Shown here piece after piece: positions 1 to 12,069 of a stretch of 64,000 bases of DNA. The first letter of the stretch is position 1. Each line of letters begins with the position of its first letter. Made by a program: the position numbers and the translations under genes. Source of the DNA: Pecten maximus (taxonomy: Eukaryota); the NCBI RefSeq assembly GCF_902652985.1, contig NC_047023.1, positions 27,094,001 to 27,158,000 on the forward strand, read 5' to 3'. Under the pieces are notes generated by a model. That model was not told the origin of the DNA, made no database searches, and saw nothing but the letters and a program-made list of their open reading frames with translations.

Positions 1-456
1 AGTGTTTATCATCCGTTCAAGGGTTTTGCATATGCAGCTTGTTAGAGAGATTGGACGATAATTATTTGGTTCAGTGGTGTCCTTACCAGGTTTTGGAATT
101 GGAATAATTGTAGATTCCTTCCAAGAATCTGGGATCTTTCCTGATTCGTAGACTTGATTAAAAATATAAAGGAGACAACGTAAAGATGATTCCGGTAGAT
201 GTTTTAGGAATTGGTACGGAATTTCATCTGGCCCAGCTGCTGAATCTTGTGATTTGTTTAAGGATTCAAGCAACTCTGGGAGATTGAATGGTTTATTGTA
301 ACTTTCTGTGTTGGAGGATTTAAAATTAAGACGTTTCTTTTCTTTCTCTTTTTTATATCGTTGGAATTTTTGGGAGTGGTTTTTGGCCGATGAGTTTTGG
401 GCTATATTTTTGGCGAATGCATTTGCAATTTCTGATTTAGAAGAGAAAATTTGACT
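1..456 (-). mobile_element. 5'-truncated I-group (Nimb-like) LINE, ORF2 fragment (linker to start of RT); continues beyond the left window edge
   Basis: The reverse complement translates without stops: SQIFSSKSEIANAFAKNIAQ...DSAAGPDEIPYQFLKHL...SWKESTIIPIPKPGKDTTEPNNYRPISLTSCICKTLERMINT. It is colinear with no indels to 61390-61845 of the full-length element (about 60 differences in 456 nt by hand count, mostly third positions). Confidence 0.95.
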
Positions 457-2737
457 GGTTTGGTACTGAGGTGATCATTGTTTTACAATACTGTAGATAG
501 ACTGGTTTGGTACTGAGGTGACCATTGGTTTACAATACTGTATATAGACTGGTTTGGTACTGAGGTGACCATTGTTTTACAATACTGTAGATATACTGGT
601 TTGGTACTGAGGTGATCATTTTGTCTTACAATACTGTAGATAGACTGGTTTGGTACTGAGGTGACCATTGTTTTACAATACTGTAGATAGACTGGTTTGG
701 TCCTGAGGTGATCATTGTCTTACAATACTGTAGATAGACTGGTTTGGTACCGAAATGATCATTGTTTTACAATACTGTAAATAGACTGGTTTGGTACTGA
801 GATGATCATTGTCTTACAATACTGTAGATATACTGGTTTGGTACTGAGATGATCATTGTCTTACAATACTGTAGATAGACTGGTTTGGTACTGAGGTGAC
901 CATTGTTTTACAATACTGTAGATAGACTGGTTTGGTACTGAGGTGATCATTGTTTTACAATACTGTAGATAGACTGGTTTGGTACTGAGGTGACCATTGT
1001 TTTACAATACTGTAGATAGACTGGTTTGGTACTGAGGTGATCATTGTTTTACAATACTGTAGATAGACTGGTTTGGTACTGAGGTGATCATTGTTTTACA
1101 ATACTGTAGATAGACTGGTTTGGTACTGAGGTGATCATTAGTTTTACAATACTGTAAATAGACTGGTTTGGTACTGAGGTGACCATTGTTTTACAATACT
1201 GTAAATAGACTGGTTTGGTACTGAGGTGACCATTGTTTTACAATACTGTTAATAGACTGGTTTGGTACTCAGGTGATCATTGTTTTACAATACTGTAGAT
1301 AGACTGGTTTGGTACTGAGGTGATCATTGTTTTACAATATTGTAGATAGACTGGTTTGGTACTGAGGTGATCATTGTTTTACAATATTGTAGATAGACTG
1401 GTTTGGTACTGAGATGATCATTGTTTTACAATATTGTATATAGACCGGTTTGGTACTGAGGTGACCATTGTTTTACATTACTGTAGATAGACTGGTTTGG
1501 TACTGAGGTGATCATTGTTTTACAATATTGTAGATAGACTGGTTTGGTACTGAGGTGATCATTGTTTTACAATACTGTTAATAGACTGGTTTGGTACTGA
1601 GGTGATCATTGTTTTACAATACTGTTAATAGACTGGTTTGGTACTGAGGTGATCATTGTTTTACAATACTGTTAATAGACTGGTTTGGTACTGAGATGAT
1701 CATTGTTTTACAATACTGTAGATAGACTGGTTTGGTACTGAGGTGATCATTGGTTTACAATACTGTAGATAGACTGGTTTGGTACTGAGGTGATCATTGT
1801 TTTACAATACTGTTAATAGACTGGTTTGGTACTGAGGTGATCATTGTTTTACAATACTGTAGATAGACTGGTTTGGTACTGAGGTGATCATTGTTTTACA
1901 ATACTGTTAATAGACTGGTTTGGTACTGAGGTGACCATTGTTTTACAATACTGTAGATAGACTGGTTTGGTACTGAGGTGACCATTGTTTTACAATACTG
2001 TAGATAGACTGGTTTGGTACTGAGGTGATCATTGTTTTACAATACTGTTAATAGACTGGTTGGGTACTGAGGTGATCATTGTTTTACAATACTGTTAATA
2101 GACTGGTTGGGTACTGAGGTGACCATTGTTTTACAATACTGTTAATAGACTGGTTTGGTACTGAGGTGACCATTGTTTTACAATATTGTAGATAGACTGG
2201 TTTGGTATTGAGGTGATCATTGTTTTACAATATTGTACATAGACTGGTTTGGTTCTGAGGTGACCATTGTTTTACAATACTGTAGATAGACTGGTTTGGT
2301 ACTGAGGTGATCATTGGTTTACAATATTGTACATAGACTGGTTTGGTACTGAGGTGATCATTGGTTTACAATACTGTAGATAGACTGGTTTGGTACTGAG
2401 GTGATCATTGTTTTACAATACTGTTAATAGACTGGTTGGTGTGACCATTGTTTTACAATACTGTACATAGACTGGTTTGGTACTGGGGTGACCATTGTTT
2501 TACAATATTGTAGATAGACTGGTTTGGTACTGAGGTGATCATTGGTTTACAATACTGTATATAGACTGGTTTGGTACTGAGGTGACCATTGTTTTACAAT
2601 ACTGTTAATAGACTGGTTTGGTACTGAGGTGACCATTGTTTTACAATACTGTAGATAGACTGGTTTGGTACTGGGGTGACCATTGTTTTACAATACTGTA
2701 GATATACTGGTTTGGTACTGAGGTGATCATTGGTTTA
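453..2737. repeat. Minisatellite A, 47-bp unit, ~48 copies
   Basis: Tandem unit GACTGGTTTGGTACTGAGGTGATCATTGTTTTACAATACTGTAGATA with few variants (gatc/gacc, gtagat/gttaat). Confidence 0.97.
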
Positions 2738-3167
2738 TCTTAAAGTATGCACGAAACATATTTTGTAAATGAGGTGACTATTTTTTACGTCTGTATTTTC
2801 CCCTCTTTTTCGGAAATTTGAGCATTACCGTTATGCTTCAGATGAATCAACATTTCGATCGATTCCATGTCAATGTCATCAAGCAGACGAAGGATTTTCA
2901 TTTTGCTCCTCAACGACTAATCAACGCATAACAAGATATCATCGGGGCCAATAAATGATGTGTTAAATAGGTGAAAAAAGAAATACCTCAAATTAGCAAG
3001 AATGTATATTTATGTAACAATCAATATCACGCAGTAGTGCATTGCGGGTAATACGTATTTCGTTTTATAGAAAGTTTCATGATTATAACAGTAACGCCGT
3101 ATAGTTTGGTTATTACTGAAATTGATAGATCAATGATACTACGTGACGAAATCAGATTTGACAGTCA

Positions 3168-3512
3168 TGTAATATGGGGACGGGTGGTAAGAAAACAACA
3201 GCTAAGTATATATTTGTACGGATGATAAGGAAACAACAGTCAAGGTTATATGGGAACGAGTGTTGTGGAAACAACAGGTAAAGTTATATGGAGATTGGGG
3301 GTAGTGAAACAACAGCCAAGGTTATATGGGAACGAGTGTTGTGGAAACAACAGGTAAAGTTATATGGAGATCGGGGATAGAGAAACAACAGTCAAGGTTA
3401 TATGGGAACGAGTGTTGTGGAAACAACAGGTAAAGTTATATGGAGATCGGGGATAGAGAAACAACAGTCAAGGTTATATGGGAACGAGTGGTACGGAAAC
3501 AACAGCCAAGTT
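3168..3512. repeat. Short tandem repeat, ~39-bp monomer / ~78-bp dimer
   Basis: Alternating GAAACAACAGTCAAGGTTATATGGGAACGAGTGTTGTG and GAAACAACAGGTAAAGTTATATGGAGATCGGGGATAGA units. Confidence 0.85.
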
Positions 3513-5971
3513 AACTAGATGCGGTAAAATTATAGTTGTGTGATCAATGTTAAGTTGTAGATGTAAGGTTTTAAAATAAGGTGATATGGAACCTATGACT
3601 TCTATTGTAAAAATATGCTATAAACACTATTATTGTTTGTAACACTGAATTATCACATCATACTAGAATGAACCCCACCCGAACACATTCTACTTATGGA
3701 GTACGAACAAGACGAGACTGTCTTCTTACCTTCAATCACAATGCAGTAAGTAACAGTCTTATATACTTTGCTGTTTCTCCACCAGAGGACAGAACCCAGC
3801 GTTAAACCTTACACAAGCGTTTTCGTTTTCCGATGAAGGTCGCGATATGGAGTGCAGAATAAAAACATCATGTTGTGCGAACTCCTAAAAATTAAATGCA
3901 TAATCTGATAACATAAGTCGTTAGTCGATTTTTTATGAAGTTATAAAACATTTTCATAACCATATAATGAGGTGATACAAGTTTGTATAAGCGAAATGTC
4001 ATATTCGCTGACGTGTTCGAAACATCTTTATCTGTATAGCGTTCGGTCTAGCACATTTAGTTCATGTGTCGGAAGAGTTTTATAACTGCTTGCATGAAAT
4101 CCTTTACTGCGGTAATAACCAGTAACTTTGGAATAATTGAGTATATATACACTAGCGAAACCTACTTACGGATACGCCCCAAATCCTGACATGTATCTGT
4201 GGCACCTAATGTGTCCCACCATGCTTTACAATTTTAATAGTCAAATAAAAGAATCCTCTCAAACCGGAAAGCATTCGCGCATCCGAAGCCAGCTGTCTTA
4301 ATTTAAATGATGTCAAAGGTATCGTGCGTCAAATTGATATTAGCAGCTCAATTAAATCTCCAGTTACATCGCAACACTCTTCGACATTTTAAAGGGTAAT
4401 TGCTACACATGTCGTTTTATCTATTGCATTGATAATTGACTACTACTGAATTTTCGTAAGGTGTATATCTACAGCTCCCAATGCGCACCTATCTCGGTAC
4501 TTAAAACGTTCAACACGTCTGTTCTGCACAGAAAATTGCAAATGACGTTTAAACGGACAATGGCGCAGTCGAAATTCGCATTCAGTGCAAGAATACAAAC
4601 TGGCAAATGAAAAGGCAAATTAAACCGAATGTTAAAAGGCAAATAAAACCGGACGTTACGAAACAGGACCACACGAGTTGCGTTTCAGGACGTATTGCGT
4701 TACTGTCTTCCGGTAATTTATAATTTTTGATTGTTTGAAGCCTATGTAGTTCGGATACGAATCTTCAGACTAAACTATTTGTAAACTGCTGCATAAGGAA
4801 TGACCGAGACGGTAACCTCATTCATGTTATGACATTTCGGGGTGATGGCAATAATAAGGTGGTATATTAAAGAAAGGAACACCGTGAAAACCCTTCTCTT
4901 CTTCCATAGATACGCATATGACAGAAGTTGTTGTCAAAACAATGACACATTCGCACTTATTCATACTTTTAAACGCTTTCTGCTATTAAAGATAAAGGAT
5001 TGTAAAAGGACAAATAAAATAACATTTTAAAAGGTCTTGTGTAAAAGTATCATAAATCATTGTAATACTATGAATTATTAGAAATCCTGTTTTTCAGTGT
5101 AAAACCATAGTTGTGCCGTACTCTGGTGAAACTCAAGTAAAGTCGTAAATTTATTTAAACAAGCTAGCCTGTTACAGATAACTATGCAGCAAGCCTGAGT
5201 ATAGACACCCCAAGGGTCAGTTTATCGATTTGTATTGGTCATCGAGGTTAATACTGGTCAATTAACTCACACCATATCCACTTTAAGAGCCTTTGTCATA
5301 GATTGAGTTCAGACAATAATTAAGTAACGACCCTATGCTTGGGTCACCGTTGTCTTTCACTGAAGCCATGTTTGTTTGCTCCGAAGCTAACTATTGTTAA
5401 TACATGTCCCTTGGGGATGAAATGAAGATTTACGGTTGTTGCCACTGATTGCACTAGCAGGATTAAGCCCTGTTTAATTGTTATCATGGTTAATTGTTAA
5501 AGTGCTATTGTCAATATTCCAACTAGGAATGGAATGAGAGGGTTTGTTCTGAATATTTCTCTTACTAGAAATCAGAGAGGGCTCATTCAAAACGTTAAAT
5601 TTGCTGGGAAGAAGAGGGGCATATTTCTAAGCATCTTGAATAAGAAATCGGTCAGAGTTAATGCTGTACATCAACATGAAATCGTAAAAATTGTCTACAT
5701 TTCTGAAGATAAAAGCACTACTTTTGAAACTCCATCATGTGAATACGACATTTTAAAAATAATTTAATGATGCTTTTCACTTTTAGCTTCCTTTGCTTGG
5801 TGGTAATCTCACCTGATGAGCTTTGAGTCCCCCAAGTTCCACACAGTTTTATAATGTTTCCTTATTTGCTTATATACTATCAGCTGATTTAAAGCTGTCA
5901 TTCAACGTTGCAGAAGAAAATAGAAAATCACCGTAAATACTCGAAACATTGAGACGTCGTCGTCGAATGGT

Positions 5972-6090
5972 ACCAGTGCCTGACACCTCGGCGGCCGGGG
6001 TTCGATTTCCCGTTCTGACGTGAGCATGTAATGGGTCACCTGTCCGACAACGTGAGTTTTCCCCGGGTACTCCGGTTTCCTCACATAGTT
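5972..6090 (+). mobile_element. tRNA-derived SINE fragment with V-domain-like core
   Basis: B-box-like GGTTCGATTTCC at ~5999, followed by GTTTTCCCCGGGTACTCCGGTTTCCTC, the conserved V-SINE core motif. Confidence 0.7.
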
Positions 6091-6632
6091 AAAAAAAAAA
6101 AACACTTACGTTTCTATCAGGGTCTACGAAAGTGATTAATATATATGTTCCCACTATCTTTGCAAATAAGTATGTATGAATTCATCTCTATAATAAAATA
6201 ATAAAAATATAATGATGAGAAACACGCTAGAAGAATTTATCCCTCAGTTAAAACAGAAACGGGTGTGTATAGGAATATCCAATCTATTATAACGACTTCA
6301 CAGGATACATTTCGTGATTTATCAATTAGAAGGTAAGATATGTGATATCTATCTTTCACTATAGACTATATAATCCTTCCTACAGCTTACAGTCTAAAGC
6401 CTACCTGTAACCTCTGTTTTATACTCCGTACAGTAAGTTTGCCATTGGTTTACGTACCTTTAACAAATATAGGGTAATTTAAGGAAAGACATCAATCCCG
6501 CTGAAATCATATACCACACTAGGAAAGTGTAACGTCGCACTGGTTAAACGGACGAAAGCTGAAAGTAACAGGGTAAGATATAGACAATGGATGTCTCGGT
6601 CAGTGGAGGGATAAATGATGAAAAAACACACT

Positions 6633-7100
6633 TTCAAGACGGTTTCCATGATGCCATCCTGGATTTAAGGCCAACCCAAAACATAATAACACTTAGTCAG
6701 GACTATCTCAGGATATTTTGTGGTAAATTAAAGCTGAATCCAACAGAATTGTAGAAGTTTGAAATAGGTGTTGTTAAAAAAAAACATGTGATTGCGCAAT
6801 CATATTACACAAATGGCCTCCGTCGCTGCCATGTCAAAGTTTTACAAAGCCGAAGAATAACAACACTTTGTTGGCTTCCCTTTTTTACCATCCTAACCAA
6901 TTTCTATCTAACTGACACCTGAGAAGTTTGAAATATGTTTTTTTTTTTCAAGATGGCTGCCATGGCGGCCATCTTTGATTTCGGACCCACACGAAAAATA
7001 CCACTTATTCGGGGCTATCTCAGGATCATTCAAGGTAAGTTTCAGTTAAAACCCTAACAATGGAACACAAGAAGTTTTTAAATTTCAAAAAGTTTACGAA
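6633..7100 (+). repeat. Three decayed ~155-bp monomers of a Helentron/HINE-associated satellite-like repeat
   Basis: Recurring CAAGATGGCTGCCATGGCGGCCATCTT...AATAACAACACTT...TCAGGATCATT...GAAGTTTGAAAT at ~6635, ~6810 and ~6949. Confidence 0.6.
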
Positions 7101-8367
7101 AATATTTTACATACAAACTAACTTGTTAAATGCAAATGATGCTGTGAATCCGTATCTTATGGTAAGCTGAAAACGAAATGTATTATGGTATGATACAGAG
7201 TAAAAACACAGCTTGATATACATTTGTACAACAGAATTTGCGTATGCATAGGTTAATATCTTTTGCACGGAGGCAGCGATCTCATTCAACTCGTGAAATG
7301 ACTGCGGTACTGTCATTCGTTAACAGACAGCATCCCCATGGAGTTATTTCGTTTCAGAGTTGGAACTCTTGAAGTGGTGACGTATTAATGTGATTCAGAC
7401 GTCATTTTTTTAGATAATGAATACTTATGTTGCTTCCGTAGACCTCGATATCATATTTTAAGCAGTGAGAGAGTCCTTGAAATTATGGTGTTTTATTAGT
7501 CGGTTCCTATAAATATTGACAATGTTGTTTCCGAAGATAATAATGTAGTGGAACATTATTCATGACAGAGTATCTCTCAGTACATGTCTCTGTTAAATAA
7601 GACACAGCTAGTTTAATGCACAGGAACCAACATTCGGGGAAAACATCGTATGCGCGTAGAAAACTGTCGTAAATGTCAGGTTGTTAAATTTGAATTAATG
7701 TTTTTTTTATATATATATCTCACTAGCATTCCAAAGATGTAGTGTCGAGTCAAATTATGTTTTAAATCAATGTACTTAAGCATGTCTAGGTAGCTTTTGT
7801 ATATCTGACATGTGACATATATGTATATCTGAACCGTTCGTGTCCATGGTAACGACAATGTTTATGAGTTCTCAGTTATTTCGCAATATGTCACCATCAT
7901 GTTTTGTTGCTTGTATGGACTCAAACGGATTATCCAGATATCCATTATCTCATTATTGGTAGAGATGTAACATATTTGTAAGTAGTTTATACATAGCATA
8001 TGTTTATTTCTGAGACCCATTTAATAGCTCTATCCCAAAGACAGAATTACTCATGTTTTGATTTATGTTGTACATTAAGTTTTCCCGCAATCTTACCTTG
8101 AGTGAAGCACCATTTTTCTCTGTAGGCAAGACTAAATTTCCGGTGTAAACAAACTTTCGGAAAATCTAGAAATTTAAAATCCGGAACTATTTATTTATTT
8201 TAGTTTAAACAATTGTGAAGCCTGTATGTACTACTTCATAATGAATATCCCAAGTATAGTGTACATTTCTATTTCATTTTTATGCATATCATAAAACCGG
8301 AGTTACTTGTTTAACAAAAATATCACCCATGGCCAGACTGTCATTCTGTGGTCTACTACCATAATGA

Positions 8368-9915
8368 ATTACTTACTTATGGTAACGTATGGTGGATTTT
8401 CAATTCAGGTCCGATAAGGTCCTCTTCGTTGGACTCAATTGTTTCTTCGTCATACTTGTGACTGCCAAGTGATATCGAGAGTAATGTTAACCTTGTAGTT
8501 ATAGAACACTTCCTGTCCTTTCCAGAAATTATCCAGCTTGTTTTGGAAAGAGTTTATGGTTTTAGCACACACAACCTTTTCTGGCAGGCTGTTCCGTTGT
8601 GAGTCTGACGCTGAAACTACTCTTAATGTTTAGTCTGGGCCTCTGTGTGTAAATCTTTTTTGAGTGACGTCTTCCTTGTGCTCTTGGTACATTGTCGTTC
8701 CTTATTATGATGAAGTTTGCAGCCTCTTTGTTATACTTTCCGATGGTCATCTTGTATATCTCTATCATGTCTCCAAGGTGTCGTCGATATTTCATTGTTG
8801 TCAATTATAGCTTCTCTAGTCGTAACTTATATGGTAGGTCTCCTAGTCCTGGTATCTGCTTAGTTGCTGTTATTTGCACTACTTTTTTTTAGCTTCATCA
8901 TGTTGTTTTCTATTTGGGAATCAGACCGAGCTGGCATAATACAGATGTGTCCTTACCATGGTCTTGTAAAGAGGTATAGAATATTTCTCATCAAAATGCT
9001 GGAAGATTCTTCGAATTAGTCCACAGATTGAGTTTGCCATTTTCACTTTCTCCATTATATGATGGTCAAAATCCAACTGTTCATCTGTCGTGACCCCAAT
9101 GTCTTTCTCCTGCTGCACCTTTACCAGTTTTGTGTTATTAAGTGTGTACTCACCAACATTGTCCGAATCCTTTCCTACAGTCATCACTTTACATTTACAT
9201 TTTTCAGGATGGAACCTTAGTAACCATATGCCATTCCACTCCTCTAGTTTCCTCAAATCCTTTTGTAATGTTTCTCTATCATTTCTGTCTTTTATAATCT
9301 TATAGATCTTGGTGTCGTCTGCAAATAGGTACACACTTGGGTCCACGATGTCAGAGAGGTCGTTGTTGAAGATAAAGAATAATATCGGCTAGGAGTGAAG
9401 AGGTTGTTGGCTGTGAAGTGTGTTATGATGTGATCTCTTATAATTCTTTCCATTGTCTTACATACTACCGATGTTAGGCTGAGAAGCGTATAGCTGCTGC
9501 CAAGATATCTACTCCCGTTTTTAAGGATGGCTGTGAGTTTGGCTCTATTCAATTCCTCGGGGACTGTTCTCTTCTCTTACGATTTTCTTAATAGAAAGGT
9601 TAGTGGATAGTTCATCTCTCAATTCCTTCAACAGTTTCGGCTGCATATGATCTATACCTGGTGATTTATTTGGTTTTAATGCATTCAATACTTTGGAGAC
9701 GTGTAGGGTTTGCCATTCTACCTTTAGTGAGCGAGGTTTTAGTTCTGGAATGTTGTTTTCCTTGGTGAAACACTACTTAAGAAGTCCGCCAACATATTTG
9801 CTTTGTTCTCGTGTTTATGTGTTTTCTCGGACTTTGGGTGACTTGGGTCAGTGCAGAGGTTGTTCAATCCTTGTCGAGTTTTACTTTTGGAATTAATATA
9901 TTTCCAAATTTTGGA
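8368..9915 (-). pseudogene. Decayed CR1-clade LINE (ORF2 RT to 3' end), 5'-truncated, frameshifted, with internal deletion
   Basis: Minus-strand fragments include IWKYINSKSKTRQG, KSPGID, SLTSVVCKTMERIIRDHI, YLFADDTKIY, LLRFHPEKCK, EKDIGV, LYKTMVR, RRHLGDMIEIYK and FSVR, plus a (TAAG)n-like tail at ~8368-8381. Confidence 0.9.
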
Positions 9916-10002
9916 GAACAGACAAAGAACAAAATTAATATCCTCTCCATTCATTGTGCCTGCTTCATTTCCATGAATATAGGCTGTACGAGTTTTTACC
10001 TG

Positions 10003-10190
10003 CTTCAAGCATTTTATGATTCGTAAGGTGCGACTACATTTTAATGTCTTTCTCTTCTTTCTTTTAGTTGAGTTTTCAACCTTGTGATGAAAGTTGTGGG
10101 TTCTGTTCCCTGGCCGAGACAAAGTCTAATAACTTTGAACTTGCTTATCTCCTGATGTTTGCCATTTTGCACTGTAGTTGGCTGGAAGGC
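10003..10190 (+). mobile_element. Decayed 5' part of a Meta-type SINE-like family
   Basis: TCGTAAGGTGCGACTA head motif, a pyrimidine tract, then GGGTTCTGTTCCCTGGCCGAGAC. The same order is seen in copies at ~42330-42577, ~50335-50613 and ~54130. Confidence 0.5.
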
Positions 10191-11959
10191 CTTGTGTACT
10201 CGTTGCCAGTACAATGTAATTTGAATCGCATTAGCATGTCCTGGTGATGAATAGCGTGATTAAACTTTAAAGTTTGCGTCATTTCTTACCATTCGCAGGC
10301 ACTGCCCTTAAAATGCATTTGGTCAATTTCAGTTAAAACAATTACCAACCATACCGAATATTTTGTCTCTCAATCAAGAACTTAATTATGCACAAGATGA
10401 TGTTACCTTGATTGTTCATTGTCACAAATCTATATTACCCTGATCAGTTCAATATTTTTTTTGCATGATGCATATATGTATGCGCTTCAAATATTAATGA
10501 TGAAAATGTGTCAGGGCTATGGACAATCCGTTCGTTATGTTTGACGTGGGCACACATTTGTCTGGCGCTAATGAAAACCATGTAGCATTAAATTCGTTAA
10601 GATGTCATAACATATAACCACAGCACTGGGTTGCTATACCCCTGACCACGTTTGATGAAATAATAGAGTGAGAAAATCAGAAATAGACCAACTGTTTCAG
10701 GTGGAATCGCTACCTATAATTTAAGGGCTTCATTTTTATTGCATTTCAAGCTGTCCGCATATATGTTGATTAGTTGAATATGAAATATATGTGATAAATA
10801 AATGTGGAAAAACAACAGAACTATACACGTGATACTTAAGTCATTAAATGTAAATTTCATTATTCCAATTATTGTTAAGAATTTGCCGCCATTTGCAAGG
10901 TTGTATATACATAAAACTTTTTTTTTTTATAGAGAAATCTAGTGCTACAAAATTAGATTTGTTATCCGGAAAGAGCATGCAGTGTCTTCTCCGTGTTCCA
11001 GCTACAACATAGTCTGCTAGGATTTAAACCATTGACTTTTTCAAGACGTATACTTCCAGCTGACCTGTGCTGACATCATTATTGGGTTTTTCGATCTTTC
11101 GTCCTTGAGAACACGTTTTTGTAATAAGAGACTCGATTAAACCCCTACCTTGACATTTCGTGAATTATATATCCCCAAGCAGATTGTTGTTGGACAATTA
11201 GCTGATAGAGTGGTCCACTGGCATCAAAATGTAAACCTTGAGTCATCTAAGTTGAGCGCATAGTCTAAACGCAGATCGGCAAAAAAATACGTTTTTTATT
11301 ATCAAAATTTGAAACTAAGGGCCAGCTAGCTCGATATAAGGTCCGTACTACTCCATAACATAACACTGACTGTTCGGTCATTTGATATGTACATTGAATC
11401 CCACGGTCATTGTGATATGACACATATATTTGTCTTTATTTCATTGGTCAACGGACATCGCTTGATGACAATGACCTTTTGTCACCCGGGGTCGATAGAG
11501 TTTTGAAGTAGTTCTTACATACCTGTTATCCTTCGGAAAAACGAATGCTATTTAATGGTCTGAAGTCATTGATATGACATTTGTCATTGGTTGACTGAAC
11601 ACGATGTGGACCTCTGTATGGACGCATGCTTTATCTGGAGCATGTTATGTAAGAATGGTTTCATTTTATATCGATATGTTCTCAAATCATTTAATACAGT
11701 CAATAAAAAGAGGCAATCCTTGGAGCTGGCTTATCATGTCTTAACTAGTGTGTAAACTGCTTGTCAAATGCATCCATGTGTATGTTAACGACGTTTTGAT
11801 GGACCGCGATTTAGGCGTTATATTCTTAATTTCAACAATCTCTTGATTATTCCCACTGTAGCAATAACAAATGTCATTTCATAATCATATAAGACAAATA
11901 AGACGGGAGTGGAGACCCTAGTGTAAATCGTTCGAACAAATCTACCTAGACATGGTCTT

Positions 11960-12069
11960 TGTAGCGGCCAGACCGGGGTTCGAACCCGGGACCTCCGAAC
12001 ACTAGCCGGATGTTCTACCAATTGAGCTAACCTGGTCACCATTGGTCGACCCAGTCCAGTCCCGCTACA
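11960..12069 (-). mobile_element. 110-bp TG...CA element with 8-bp terminal inverted repeats enclosing a tRNA-Thr(AGT)-like sequence (Helenus-type TRIM solo LTR candidate)
   Basis: Ends are TGTAGCGG (11960) and CCGCTACA (12069). Minus-strand 12037-11965 folds as a cloverleaf with A box TAGCTCAATTGG, anticodon loop CTAGTGT and B box GGTTCGAACCC, with mismatches in the acceptor and D stems. Confidence 0.65.

Noticed and set aside
453-2737. Tandem arrays as CRISPR arrays or telomeric repeats (also 15810-19655 and 56969-58342)
   Set aside because: Units are head-to-tail without unique spacers, there are no cas genes, the context is eukaryotic, and there is no TTAGGG-type unit.
11965-12037. Functional tRNA-Thr gene
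   Set aside because: Mismatches in the acceptor and D stems, an atypical anticodon loop 3' side (GT), and enclosure in TG..CA inverted termini favour a mobile-element-derived copy.
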